Shown here one piece after another: positions 12,901 to 25,560 of a stretch of DNA of 64,000 nt (its first letter is position 1; each line of letters opens with the position of its first letter). This stretch comes from Callorhinchus milii (Eukaryota). The stretch lies in NCBI RefSeq assembly GCF_018977255.1, contig NW_024704742.1, positions 124,374,001 to 124,438,000 of the forward strand, read 5' to 3'. The notes beneath the pieces were generated by a model. That model did no database searches. It saw only the letters and a list, made by a program, of their open reading frames with translations, and was not told the DNA's origin. Made by a program: the position numbers and the translations under genes.

Positions 12901-14370
12901 TAACAATATCTAGTCTGGAAGCAAGTTTTGTAGCGTAGGATATTTTGCTTGGATAACCTATTACAGATGTTTTAACTTTTTAAAATGGCTAATGGAAAGG
13001 GAGTAATCCTTCTCTTTAGCCAGGCTAGGAATTTGGATTAGCAGGGCAAGACCTTCAAAAGTTACTCCCCTACTCCCTACGTTGACCTGGTTTCACAAAT
13101 GAGTTGACATTCAGTGTCAGATGCAGGTCACTGAGTCTTGTTTGTCCTTAAAATGTATGTGTATGTGCATTATATAATTTGGGGAATGAGTTTTGGGTTG
13201 CCGTGATGAGTAATTTGTTTACAGTGCTTCAACCAAGGCTGCTGATCTACCTGCATAGCACAACATTCTTGATCATAAATTCCTTGTCTGTTTGGTGTCT
13301 TATAATTAAGTAAAAGAAAAGGCTTAAATTTCACTAAAAAAAACCCAAATGAAGCTTTGCCAGAATATGAAACGAGATGGTGTTAAATTGTTTTCAGATC
13401 ATGTTTTGAATGATGCATTCCACTGCAGCAATAAAGTCATTTCAAATAGAGTCTCTTATGGTTTCAGAAGATGAAATGTATTTCAAATAATACTTTAAAA
13501 TAGGATTTTTTTATGGGTCCTTTCTCATTTACGTAATTAAGTTTTGTTGGTCTCATTAAAAACATCAGCATACAGCATTCTGCAGTCATGGCACGATAGA
13601 TTTTAATTAACTATTGACTTGCACAATAAAAAATGTCAGACATAGGCACAATGTTCGCTTGAAGCAATTGTTAGTTCCATATCTGTTGTTATTCATATGA
13701 AGCTTACAATTTATAAGACATGAACAATCAGTTTTGTGTTATTTTGGTAGTATTTCTTTCCAAACAAACAGCAATAAGACTCTTAAGAGGTGTTAGCTAC
13801 ATAGTGTTATGTGTGTTTCTGGTTATTAGATAGCACAGTATAGTTCACAGCTCTGTAGGTTTGTGCTTGTCTGCAACTATGCAGACAGTGGAGGTCAGAA
13901 GTTTAGATAATATTGACTTGTCTGGGTTGAAGTAACTTTTTAACTGTGAGTTTATTGTGGAACCAACAACCATAATTCAAGTGTTGGTCATATATTGACT
14001 TTTAGTTTTGTCAGGAAATTATACTCCAAACAGCTCGAACAATGATTTTGGAAGTTAATGGAGTACAGGGTTGACAAACTAATTTGTCCACTTTATGAGT
14101 GCCAAATCATGTGTGATCTGAACAAATGAAATTGCACTGCAGGAGGTTGACATTGTAGAGATTCTCATTCAGAGAATGTAGGCTGAAACAAAGTAAATGG
14201 AGTTAAATGTTTAGCACTTTCAAATGATGCAAGTTCCTTCCACTTGTTGAACATGTTGTGTCTTCATTCATTTAAATCTCCTGAGGTCATTACTTTCCAT
14301 TTTAAGTAATAAGAAAAACAAATCTACCTTAAAGGACAGCGATTTCAAGAAATTGGTTAGGAATACTTAC

Positions 14371-14985
14371 AACCCTCATACACGCATTCATAACATCGAA
14401 GCTTGACTATGCAAACTACCTGCTTGTCGGCCTCCCCAACTCCTCCTTCCATAGGCTACGGATCATCCAGAAATCTTCAGCCCATGTCCTCTCCCACACC
14501 AGGCTCCATGACCCTATCAACCCCATCCTTGCGCGACTCCACTGGCTTCCCATCACACAAAGGATACAGTTCAAGATCCTGGTCCTCACCTTCAAAGCCC
14601 TCCATGGCCATGCTCCCCCTAACTCAGCGACCTTCTAACCCCCTAGCGTCGTGCCCCCTCCCTCCGCTCAGCAGGCTCCGGCCTGCTTCAAGTCCCCAGC
14701 CTCGCGTACCCCACCATTGTCGGGGGGGCCTTCTGCCACTCTGCCCCCACCCTCTGGAACTCCATCCCGCAATCCCTCCATCTCGCCTTCTCCCTTACCT
14801 CCTTCAAGACCCATTCTCAAGACCCTCCTCTTTGACCGTACTTTCGATCACCCTCCTTCCCCCCCGCCCTCCACCCTCCCCAATCCCACCCCCAGTTCGG
14901 GTCTGAAACACTGACTGTCCAGGACCTTGGGACGTCCTCCCGATGTGAAAGGCGCTATAACAAATGTAATTATGCTGTTGTTGTT
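14371..14985 (+). mobile_element. 5'-truncated L2 LINE (3' end of ORF2 and tail)
   Basis: Encodes TLIHAFITSKLDY and LHWLP-like fragments. Ends in gggacgtcctcccgatgtgaaaggcgctat...(gtt)n. Confidence 0.9.
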
Positions 14986-16689
14986 TCTGTTGATTCAATG
15001 TGAGTTCCGCATCAAATCAATATGAAGTAAAAGACTACCATTTCAGAACCAAATCAATGCGAATAGCTGCAATAAAACTCTAATTTTACTGCAACTGATG
15101 CCCATTCTTAAATCCCTTGACCATGATGTTTCACTGCAGCACTTGAGAATGATGTCAATCCAACTTAAAGGTGCACAGCTTTTTTGGCTCTTTTACCTTG
15201 AAAAAACAAATTGTTTGGCAAAACTTGTTCGCAAAACATAATTCCTTTGAAATGTAGTTATAATAAAGGCCTCTTAGGTTTCACAGTTTGAACCAATTCT
15301 GATTAAGTAACATTTCACAGTTCTTAACGAGGATTGGTTTGCAAATTAAAAAGATACATTTGACACACAACAAAAACATGGTAGCCTGAAGTTGGAGATG
15401 GAGTATAGAGTCCATATTCCATGATTTAAAAAAAATGCATTGTATTTGGAATGCCCTTTTCTGACTTCTATTCATTCCTCTATTACTTATTGTATGTTGT
15501 AGGGTTTGTAGAATATCAGATTAAGCTAACCATCCCTTATCATTGAGAGCTTAGCATTAAAAGTGAGGTCTGTCATTCATGTTTATTTCTGTGTTGGAAT
15601 AACCTAAGGGTCATAGATTGGTGGCTAACCACAAAATTCAGAGAAGGTTTTTTGCAATAAATGAACTAGGATGAATGCATAAATTAGGAGAGCTTGTGAT
15701 TTTTTCCATTCTCGTCATCCTTAAAGTGAGATGAGAGAAATGTGCCACAGTAAACATTTGTAATTGTAAAACCATCAGTCAATATGTCAACAACTAATTA
15801 CCACTTTAGATACAAGAAAACAATCCTTGGGTTAAACATTTTCAAGCTACTGGTTGTCCATTGGCTAATATTGATTTGCATGTTTGTGCAACTAAACTGC
15901 GTAGAAGCTGCAAGTATTTACTTTGTTTGCATCATGTCCCAGCAACCACAATTTCAAGCTGTGTCCATAGTGCTTCAATCGTTTAATTTTCACAGTAGCA
16001 TTCCTGCATTGTTGCTAATGAGGCAATGTTTCCAACAGGCTCATTGGTTTATTTTTATGGAATTTAATCTTGCTTTAAAATTAAACAAAAAATGCAGCTG
16101 TTTCATTGCTTGGTCGAGGTGGCTTCTAACTTCAAATTTGTTTCTCTTCAAAAATATTATTCACTTGGGTATGCCCAAGCCTTGGGTCTTACCAGCCTCT
16201 GGAATTGCATAAACAGGATCCATCACTCCAGGGAGAGTATACATACCATTCCAATAAATGGGAATTTTTAGTTAAAGATAGGATGCATGGAACTCTGTTT
16301 GGAACAGGTCCTCTTAAGCTTGGTGATGGTTTTCTGTATGTATCAGACATCCAGCCTACCAAAAGAAAATTGGGTTTGATTCAATTCCATGTTCTCCCAC
16401 CAAAACCTTATCCAGATTAACATTTTGCCCATTTTAATTACACTGTGAGCATCAGCAGACTGGCATGTTTCTGTGTTGTAACACTCCGATTCTGCAATTC
16501 TCATTATAAGCCATTATATGTTTAATTTGAGTATTGCTATTAGAATTCATATCAAATGAGGGGAGAAGAACAAATTTTAAAAAATTACAATGCTGCATAT
16601 TGTAGTGCTCTGTACCAGAATTGACAGTTATGAAAGGCGACCTCTTTTCATCCCTCGTGCGTGATCTCATGTATTCCTTCCTCAGTTTG

Positions 16690-16876
16690 CAGCAACAACA
16701 ATTTGCATTTATATTTTGACTACCATGTCGGGAAGACATCTCGAAGCACTTCATACAGCTGACAGGGACCCTTCCCTCCCTACCGTGGAGGCATTTGAAA
16801 GTAAGAATAAGGATCTTTAATTTGATCCACTGGAGAGAAGTCAGTGGAGCCAAGTAACAATGAGGCTGATGGACTT
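16690..16876 (-). mobile_element. Older L2 3' fragment, interrupted by a younger L2 (resumes at about 18334-18385)
   Basis: caacaacaatttgcatttata tail on the minus strand. ORF 16452-16853 begins PLTSLQWIKLKILILTFKCLHG, an L2 motif. Confidence 0.7.
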
Positions 16877-18328
16877 CCCTAGATCCCTCAAACCCCAGCC
16901 GCTACCGCCCTATTTCAAACCTGTCCTTCCTCGTAAAAGTCCTAGAACGCGTTGTTGCAAATCAACTCCGTGCACACCTCTCCTCCCACTCCCTCTTCGA
17001 ACACCTCCAGTCCGGTTTCCGCCCTGCCCACAGTACAGAGACTGTGCTTGTGAAAGTCACAAGTGACATCCTCTCTATCTGTGACCAGGGCTCCCTCTGC
17101 CTCCTTGTCCTCCTGGACCTCTGCACCGCATTCGACACAGTCGATCACGCCATCCTCCACCACCGCCTTTCCTCCGTCATCCACCTCAGTGGGACCGCAC
17201 TCGCCTAGTTCGAGTCCTACCTCACAAACCGCCAGCAGTACATCTGCACAAACGGTTTCTCCTCCCGCTCTCACCTGGTTACCTGCGGGTACCCCAAGGA
17301 TCCATCCTTGGCCCCCTCCTCCTTCTGATCTACATGCACCCTCTTGGGGATGTCATCCGCAGACATCGGGTACACTTCCACATGTATGCGGACGACACCC
17401 AACTCTATTTTTCCACCTCACTTTGCGACCCCCAGTCCCCCTGATGTTCTGTCAGCCTGACTGTCAGACCTCAGGAGCTGGATGAGCGCAAATTTCCTTC
17501 AACTGAACGTTGACAAGACGAAAGTCATATTCTTTGGCTCTCGTCAACGTCTAAAATTACACGGTTCTCACCTCCTTCACCTACCCAACTTCCCCCTAAA
17601 ACTCTCCGAACCCGTACGCAACCTAGGCGTAAGGTTCAACCCCCAATTATCCTTCCTTCCCCTCATCCGGTCCCTCTCCAGCACCATTTTCTTCCACCTC
17701 TGACGCATCGCCCGTCTCCGCCAATATCTCAGTCCAAAAGCCATTGAAACCCTGGTCCATGCCTTTGTTACCTCTCGGTTGGACTATTCCAACTCCCTCC
17801 TTGCTGGTCTTCCCTCCACTACATTCATAAAATTCAGGTTGTACAAAACTCTGCCACCCGCGTTCTCACCCGCACCAAACTCCGCTCCCCGATCACCCCA
17901 GTCCTTGCCAGACTGCACTGGCTGCCTATCCCAGAGAGGATCGACTTCAAGATCCTCACCCTTGTCTTCAAATCCCTCCACACCTCTGCACCCCCCTACC
18001 TCTCTGACCTCCTCTCTCCTCACAACAGTGTCCGTTGCCTTTGTTCACTAGGTCTGGCCTCCTCCTTGTCCCCTGAGTCCTCCGCTTCACCCTCGCCTTC
18101 AGCCACTATGCCCCGAGACTCTAGAACTCCCTTCCTCACTCCCTTCACCTCGCCCCCTCTCTTCCTATTTTCAGGTCTCGGCTAAAGACCTTTCTTTTCG
18201 ACCGCGACTTTGGTCACCTTCGTCCCCGTCCCCCTGGCTCGCCCCCAGGATCCGTTACTGTGAAGCGCTCTGAGACGTTGTCCTGTGTAGAGGGCGCTAT
18301 ATAAATCCAAGATTTTGTTGTTGTTGTT
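16877..18328 (+). mobile_element. 5'-truncated L2 LINE with decayed RT domain
   Basis: Contains [34 protein letters not shown] and LHWLP motifs with stops and frameshifts. Has a (gtt)n tail and candidate TSD GACTT at 16872-16876 and 18329-18333. Confidence 0.93.
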
Positions 18329-18575
18329 GACTTGAGGAGTCTTATGCAGGAGAGGATGTAAGCTGCAAAGTTCTGCATAGACACAGTTTATAGAATTCAG
18401 ACTATGCATTATTGTAATAGGTAAAATATGCATGTCTGTGTACTGGCGGTATACATGTAATGGCAGGCTCAGAGCAGAATTGGAAGACATCAAGATTGAT
18501 TATTGGTAAGATAGCCAACAATCACAGTCAGTCTGTTATAGCGTGCAACATACTCCTAGGTTCTAAGTATAAGAC

Positions 18576-19241
18576 CAGAGGTTCTCAAACTATGGGGTGT
18601 GGCTCCCTGGGAAGCCGTGGGTGTGCTCCGGGGGTGGGGGGGAGGCGGGAAGGCATTAGATGGATACCTCCCAACAGTCCCGGATTACGCGTGACTGGCC
18701 ACATGTCCCAGCATAACCGCTCCCCTGACAACCAAACCCTGTGATAATGTGTCCTGCAACAACCAACCCTATGACAACAATTTTCCCAACAACCAAATCC
18801 CTCAATAGTGCTTCTGCTGACAACCAAACCCCATGGTAACGCTTTTCCCAACAACCAAATCCCGCGTCAATTATTCCCACCACAACAAACCCCATGACAA
18901 CGGTAGGATTGATGGATATTATACTGATATAATCTATAAATGTGTGTTATGATTTCAAAAATGTTTGTAGTTTTATCTTAGCTGCTGCAATTTATACTCT
19001 TTTTGAACAGAACGGTGAGATAACCTGAAAGGTGCTTTATGGAATAAAATTAATACTTTTGACACTCATACTCTTAGTATAATTATATTGATTAAAGTCT
19101 TTAAAAAATATTTATTCCTTATCTTCTTGCAAAGTATAGGATTTTCACTTATTTTTGTTGTCTTGGTAAACTAAGGGGAGGTGAGTTGTTTCTCTTTTTT
19201 AGCTTAGGGAGGCTCACTATGACAAAGTTTGAAAACCCCTG
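18576..19241. mobile_element. Non-autonomous hAT (Charlie-like) DNA transposon
   Basis: TIRs cagaggttctcaaact ... agtttgaaaacccctg. Flanks gtataagac and gtataaatc resemble a decayed 8-bp TSD. Confidence 0.8.
18724..18900. repeat. Degenerate minisatellite, about 6 x 30-31 bp (core caaccaaaYccc)
   Basis: Core motif at about 18729, 18760, 18790, 18821, 18852 and 18883. Confidence 0.85.
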
Positions 19242-19589
19242 GTATAAATCAGATGTGGTCTGCTTTTATTTAAGATATCATCTGAATTTCTCAGCCTATG
19301 TCATCTGAATTGTGAGCAACATAGAGCACACTTGCACTTTTCCCCTTTTTATACTGAATATGAATGCTACACTTACATTTTACGATTCTGTCTTATCATC
19401 AAATTTACTTAGTCAGATTTTCAGCTTCCATCATTTCTAAATATAATAATAAATCAATCTTGCATTAGATATAGTACCTTTCACGTCAGGAGAACATCTC
19501 AAAGTGCTTCATAGGATTTACTGCAAAATGTCGTGACTGGATTTTTGTGGGAAAATGAATGAAGATATATTTGGTATCCAGGTGATATT

Positions 19590-20700
19590 CACTGTAAAAA
19601 GAAACTTAGAAAGATCACTTAAAGAGGTTAAAAAATAACCTAAAGCCCAAGCATAAATATTTTAACAGATACAAGGTATCTTATGGTAGTGAGGGCTGAG
19701 AGGTGTACAATTCAATGAGGATAACTATAATCAGTATTAGAGATAAGAAGATATAGAATGTGCTATCATTGATAGCAGCACAATAAATCCAATAATTGTT
19801 TTTTATGTACTTAGTAGATAGGACCAGATAAGTCCTTTAAACACTAAGTCGAGTGAAATATTACAGATGATGAGGAAATGGCAGATGTGTTAAATTAATT
19901 ATTCACAGGAGTCTTTAAATTTTAGATCCAGTTATTTTAACTACAGAATCTAATACGATAGAAGAACTAAAAAAATACAAGTATATACTAGAAATAAGTG
20001 AAGAAATAAGTGAAGCTCTAATTAATAATTTGAGTTCCATAAATAAACAAGCTGTAACCTAGGACTGCAAGAAGATGTGTGCTATCCAGAGCAAAGAAAT
20101 GGGATGGGAACTGAGGAATTAATGATCAGCTAACCTGACACTGATGGTGTGGAGAATTCTCCTGCACATTTTGCAGGATGTTATCAGTGTTCAGGTGAAT
20201 GGCACAGATACTATCAAGGAACAGACAGCACAAATATAAAAAACAATTAGCCACTCCTCTCAAATATACTGAAATTCTTTGAGAGTGAATGAGGCCAATC
20301 CAGTGGATATAATTTTTTTATATACAGAAACCATGGAATAAATTCCACATAATGAATCTGTAATCTACATTTTCCCAAATGTAGATTACAGCTCATGGAA
20401 TTAATGCTAGATAAAATAACTGGATTAAATATTGGTTTAACAGTGGAAAGCAATACATTGGAAAAGGGCTGATAATGGAGGGGCCATTAACAAGTGAATT
20501 TCTACAGAGATCTGTGCTTTCGGAACATTCATTAATCATATGGCGAAGAAACTAGTTTTATTGCACTAAAAGCTTTGTGGCCATGTAATCAACATGAAAA
20601 TTAGAGCATCTGAATGGATATTTTAACAAACTAAATTGAAGGCTAAGGAAAAGCAAGTTTTTCAGCACCATGGATGGTCGGTCTGGTCACTATTCTATTG
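19590..20700 (+). mobile_element. Highly decayed CR1 ORF2 fragment
   Basis: gatgatgaggaaatggcagatgtgttaaat encodes DDEEMADVLN, the CR1 linker motif. Later RT-like remnants are present; boundaries approximate. Confidence 0.55.
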
Positions 20701-22577
20701 CGGATCAGTAATATAGTATGTAAAGTTTGGAACAATTTGAGGAGTTTGCTCAGTTTATTTTAGCAAAGCAGGAAGAAATTTAGCAGAACCTTTAAATGGT
20801 TTGAGCCTCAAACCTATGACAAAGTAATAAGATTGATGCACTGAAAGAGCTTTCAATGATTTTGTATATTCTTTCTTGAATACATTGCAATGCATCAGAA
20901 AGTTTCAAGTCTTTGTGTGCATTTTGATTTTTTTATACACACAACACAACAAGTTAATGTACCATTGTAATCTAATTTGGGGGAATTTGTGAAAAAGGCT
21001 CTGAAATATTGAATCCTGCATGCATGCAGAACAAATGTTCTTTAGGCAGAGGCTAATTAATGATGGTAACAGGTTGCCAGGTCAGGATACTGAGCGCATT
21101 CTTAAAAAATAGCTTGATGAAGATAGAAGGATAGTAGCGTGGGTATTCTGGAAAGGTGAGATCAGATAGGCTGAAGGGCCTTCTTCATCCAAACTAATCT
21201 TGTGATGTCTTTGAATGCTGATTGTGGCTGAAGAGTAAAGATAGCCAGCAAAAGATTAACCTGAAATTGGCATACAAACAAAGTTTAAGAGACAAAGTGA
21301 GACACTTCCAGGCATGTGCAAGATCTGATATTTGTAAATCCACACAATGTAAACATCATTGTGTCAATCCATCTCATGGTGTGATAAAACTTAATAAAAG
21401 TTGTCCTGCTTAGTATGTGTTACTTTTAATTTTCTTTTTATTAAAGAAATATTTTCAGGGTGAAGTCCTTCTAAAGCATTCATTTAATAAAAGTATTCCC
21501 CAATATGGGATTTTCTGAGAATCAGCAATGAAACACGGCCTATTCCACATCTGGAAATATCAAGAAAACTATGGCTATGATCAGGAGTTGTACATTTAAA
21601 AAAAAAGGCAGGGAATTGCAAATAAATTTTGAGGAAAAGGCTGCTTGTCATCTAGTTTATTCCCTCCAAGCAGACTCCAAAGTATGTAAAACAGGCATAA
21701 TAATAACCCTTGCCTTTGATAAAGCGCCTTATTACATCATTGAGATGTCTCAAAGCATTTCACAGATTGTATTATAAAGTGGATTGTCTGTGTATTTTGT
21801 GGGTGAAACTCGGCAACCAATTGCACACAACAGTGTCCCACAAGCAATTGTGAATTGAATGACTACATTTTTTTGCAGGGGTGAGATTATTAAAACATGA
21901 ATATTTCAATGACCAATTTAGGTATTTATTTAGTTGAGTCAATTTGTGAAACATGTTCATTAGGACAGCTTGATATTGCTAAACTTTTTTTTAAAAAAAT
22001 GTATTATGATGTTATAAAGAATTATTCATTATTTGGAAATCTCAATTGCAGTTCCTGGAAAAAAATGGATAAAGCCTCATTTAGTCCATGATTCTGACTA
22101 ACCAGCGCAGTTAAAAGAATAGAAAAGATGTATGTAGGATATGATGGTATCGTGACTTATTTCATCATTATTTCATCATCATGTATTGTTTGACTGACTG
22201 CAATGGCCATAGACAGCATTGCAAGCTTCTTTAGGGTGGTGCACAGTTACACCTGTCAGCATTGGATACTCATGCAGTTTCTGTTAGGAAACTGCAGATC
22301 TCTCTACACGTCACAACATGCTGAAACGCCTCGGTTACAGCTATGTGCACAGTCCCTGGGTGAACATGTTGAAAAGAGAAAGATTTTTAAAGGTCAGGCA
22401 CTTTGCCAGATTCTTGTTGAAACTAATAAAACCAGGTATTACCTGTCAAGTGTGTTAATAACTTTGAAAACTAGCTAGATCCACCATGAAGTAATTTTCT
22501 AAAATAAATTTCTATGTAAAGCATCTTTCCCATATTATACATAATCATTTACAGTAAACTGAACAAACCTAGTTGCT

Positions 22578-22665
22578 TCTCAGCTGGTATGCAGCTTTTG
22601 AACTGAATGTTTATTTCAGCATCTCAGCTGGTATGTAGCTTTTGAGCTGAATGTTTATTTCAGCA
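22578..22665. repeat. Direct tandem duplication, 2 x 44 bp
   Basis: tctcagctggtatgYagcttttgaRctgaatgtttatttcagca occurs twice with 2 mismatches. Confidence 0.95.
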
Positions 22666-24624
22666 ATGGCAGTAGTGAGCCCTGTTGCCCGATTTCTGCC
22701 TATGTTACTAGGCATCTTGTAATCCATGTACAGCAGTTTATTCCCAAGACGTAGAAACGGATGATGCAAAATGTAGTTGTTGAAGGCTATCCCTGATTTA
22801 ATTCTGAAGTGTATAACAGACTTGATAAAAAAAACATGCGAGTAATGGCTCAGTGGTTGATTCTTGAAAGTATACAGTTGTAGAACACTTGCCCTTGACC
22901 ACATTTCTTGATGATTGCGACCATTCTTATGAGGAAGCAGCAAAATGTGCTACCTTTGTTCTATCCCTCAGGGAACACAGCAGGTCCCCCCAATCATGTT
23001 TGCTCTTCCATAGTCTGATAACCGTGGCATATGGAGTCCATTCATCACTTGCCTGCCTTCCTATCTGTTTAATGCTGTTTGCCTTGCCCCCTTTTTTGCA
23101 TTTTCAGGTTGCGTCTGAAGACCTTCCTCTTCAACCGTGCCTTTGTTCCCCTTGCACATATTTCTGTGCAAAATAAAGTGGTGTTAAAATCAGGTTTTGT
23201 GTGTTCTGTGGTGTGTTACAGAAATTCAGTTTTGCCAGGTTCTTTGCTCTGTTAATAATGGAACCCTGACTACCAGCACCTTGCCCCTCTTTTCAAAGAG
23301 CAGGAATAGATTTCCTTTCTTTATTTGGAAAATAGTTCTGAAAACGTTTGTGCTAGTAGGTCTCTCTGTGATGCTTCCAGACGTATAGCGAACACTCATA
23401 GTATATCTCATAGAAAATGAATAGCAAACTGCACTTAAAGATGAGAAATGTATTTTTAATTCTTACTATTAAAACCAACTTGCTATCACTTACCAGTTTA
23501 CATACTTTAGAAGGTTATACTTCCAAGTAAGCATTCCTGAATTGGTGTTGGGCTTTCCTTTTGCAAAGTGGAGAAACCACTTTCATAGATACTGCTGGCT
23601 TTGAATTTCATTATTGCATGGGAGTTGGCAGTTCTTGCATGAGACTCAACTTGTTCTTATATAGTTTCATGTAAAGCATGTTTTGTTTTTGCCTAGAAAC
23701 ATATAGCATTAGAAAAGAGCATTGAGATCCTTCAAAGTTTAAAACCACATAGAGCAATTTATCCCTTAATGGATTTCCTTTATTCAGTTCCCTCTTGAAT
23801 TTGCTGACATGATCTGTCTAAATCGTCCGTTCCACATATTTACCACTCTCTGAGTAAAGTCGTTGAATCTAAACTGTCTGTTTATATTCACTCTTCTGTG
23901 TGCAAGCCTGGACTTTATTCTTGGATCTATTCCCTTACCATTGCCAAGCAGGCAGTGTCTGGACAAGTGACTTAATATACCGTACGTGTCTGATGTTGGT
24001 AAGGAATCTTAATTATAATTTAAACTGAGTTCATGTCATCATCATTCAAGCCAGTGGTCCATAATAATTAATAATCCTTACAATGCAATGTAAATTTACA
24101 TTTGTAAGCGCCTTCCAGTTATAAATCCTTGAATTGAATATAGCACCTTCTACATCAGGAGGACACCTCAAAGCAACTTCATAGGAATTACTGTAAAGTG
24201 TGGTGTATTTTGCAGGTGAACCCTGTAATACTGTTGACAATGAATAGATTGTACTGGCTGCATATAAGGATATAAGCATAATATCCAATTTAAATTTTAA
24301 AAAAACGGAAACTTGGTAGTGCATACCAGTGTGCTATGTGGGAGCACGTGGATTTTACATCCATCAGTTTACCACATGATGAGTTCCCAATTGTCTTGGC
24401 TCAAGGGAAATGGCAAGCAAACATTAGTTCCCCCAAGTCTGAGGGAAGTAAAATCAACAGTGGAGTTCCCTTTTGCTAATGTTGATCATCCAGTGTCTAG
24501 TTACAGCAACATTGAGCGAGGCCTCCGACTAGGTCAGGGTGGTCAGACGTTTTGTCCAGATTTCCTATCTTGAGAAAGGTTCGCAGGCCACGTCAGGAAT
24601 ATTTTGTGTTTTTCTTTCAGAAAC

Positions 24625-24965
24625 GTAACAACATTTACACAGCACTTTGTTCATGTTTGAAGGACATCTCAAAGTGCTCGACTGGGCACCTGAGCTGGGG
24701 GTGGGATGGGGAGGGGAAAAGATGAACGAAAGCATGGTCAATGAGTTAGGGCTTGTGACATGCCTTGAAAGGTGGGAGGGGGAGGGGGGGGAGTGAGCAA
24801 GTCAGGGGGACTCTAGGAATGGAACCCCATAGAGCGGAGGGGCAAAATGGCAATGGTGGGGCAGATGGGGTGGGTGGCCATGAAGCAAGCTGGTGTTTGC
24901 TCTGCAAAGGGAACAGCCAGGTCAGAAGAATGCAGAGATAGGGTGGGAATGGACGTAGACACGTT
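24625..24965 (-). mobile_element. L2 3' fragment nested in the hAT element
   Basis: aacaacatttacacagcact...aggacatctcaaagtgc tail. ORF 24746-25117 contains SALWGSIP, similar to L2 PRLWNSIP. Confidence 0.65.
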
Positions 24966-25099
24966 TTCACGTGAGGAAAGGGGGAGCTTTCTGTGAGGAA
25001 ACTGCACGGCACGTCGTGCACTCGCCCCCCCCCCCACCCCCGCAGTGGCCAAAGGAGGCTCCAATTGTCTGTCCTCACAGTGAACCACAAAACACTGCC

Positions 25100-25560
25100 T
25101 TCACTTCTCCTCTCCATCTCTCTGTTCTCTCATTCGTTTTATTTCTCGCTCTCACCCTCTTCCCTCATGCTCTCTCTCTCAATCACCCTCCCTCCTCTCT
25201 CTCATTTATTCTCTCCCCACTCTCTCTCACACACACTCTCCTTCTCTCAATTACTCTCTCTCACTTCCCCTCTCTCCCACGCACACTCTCTCTATCCCCT
25301 CTCACACACTCTCCCAATCATTTTCTCTCTGCTCTCTCACTCTCTCTCCCTCCCTCTCTGTTTCTCTCTCCCCCTCTCCCTCATATTCTCTCTATCCCTC
25401 TCACACACTCTCTCAATCTCTCCCTTTCTCTCTCCTTCACCGCTCACTCACACTCTCTCTCACACACATACTCTCTCCCGCCTCTCACACACTCCCTCAA
25501 TCTCTCTCTCTCAAATTACTCTATCTCCCCATCCCCTCTCAATCCATCTCTCTCCCAATC
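25100..25560. repeat. CT/CA-rich low-complexity tract
   Basis: Degenerate (TC)n and (CA)n sequence. Confidence 0.9.

Noticed and set aside
15784..16212. 142-aa ORF
   Set aside because: AT-rich, with no recognisable domain or exon structure.
18724..18900. CRISPR-like repeat/spacer array
   Set aside because: Eukaryotic context, the spacers are related to each other, the period is only about 30 bp and there are no cas genes; it is a minisatellite.
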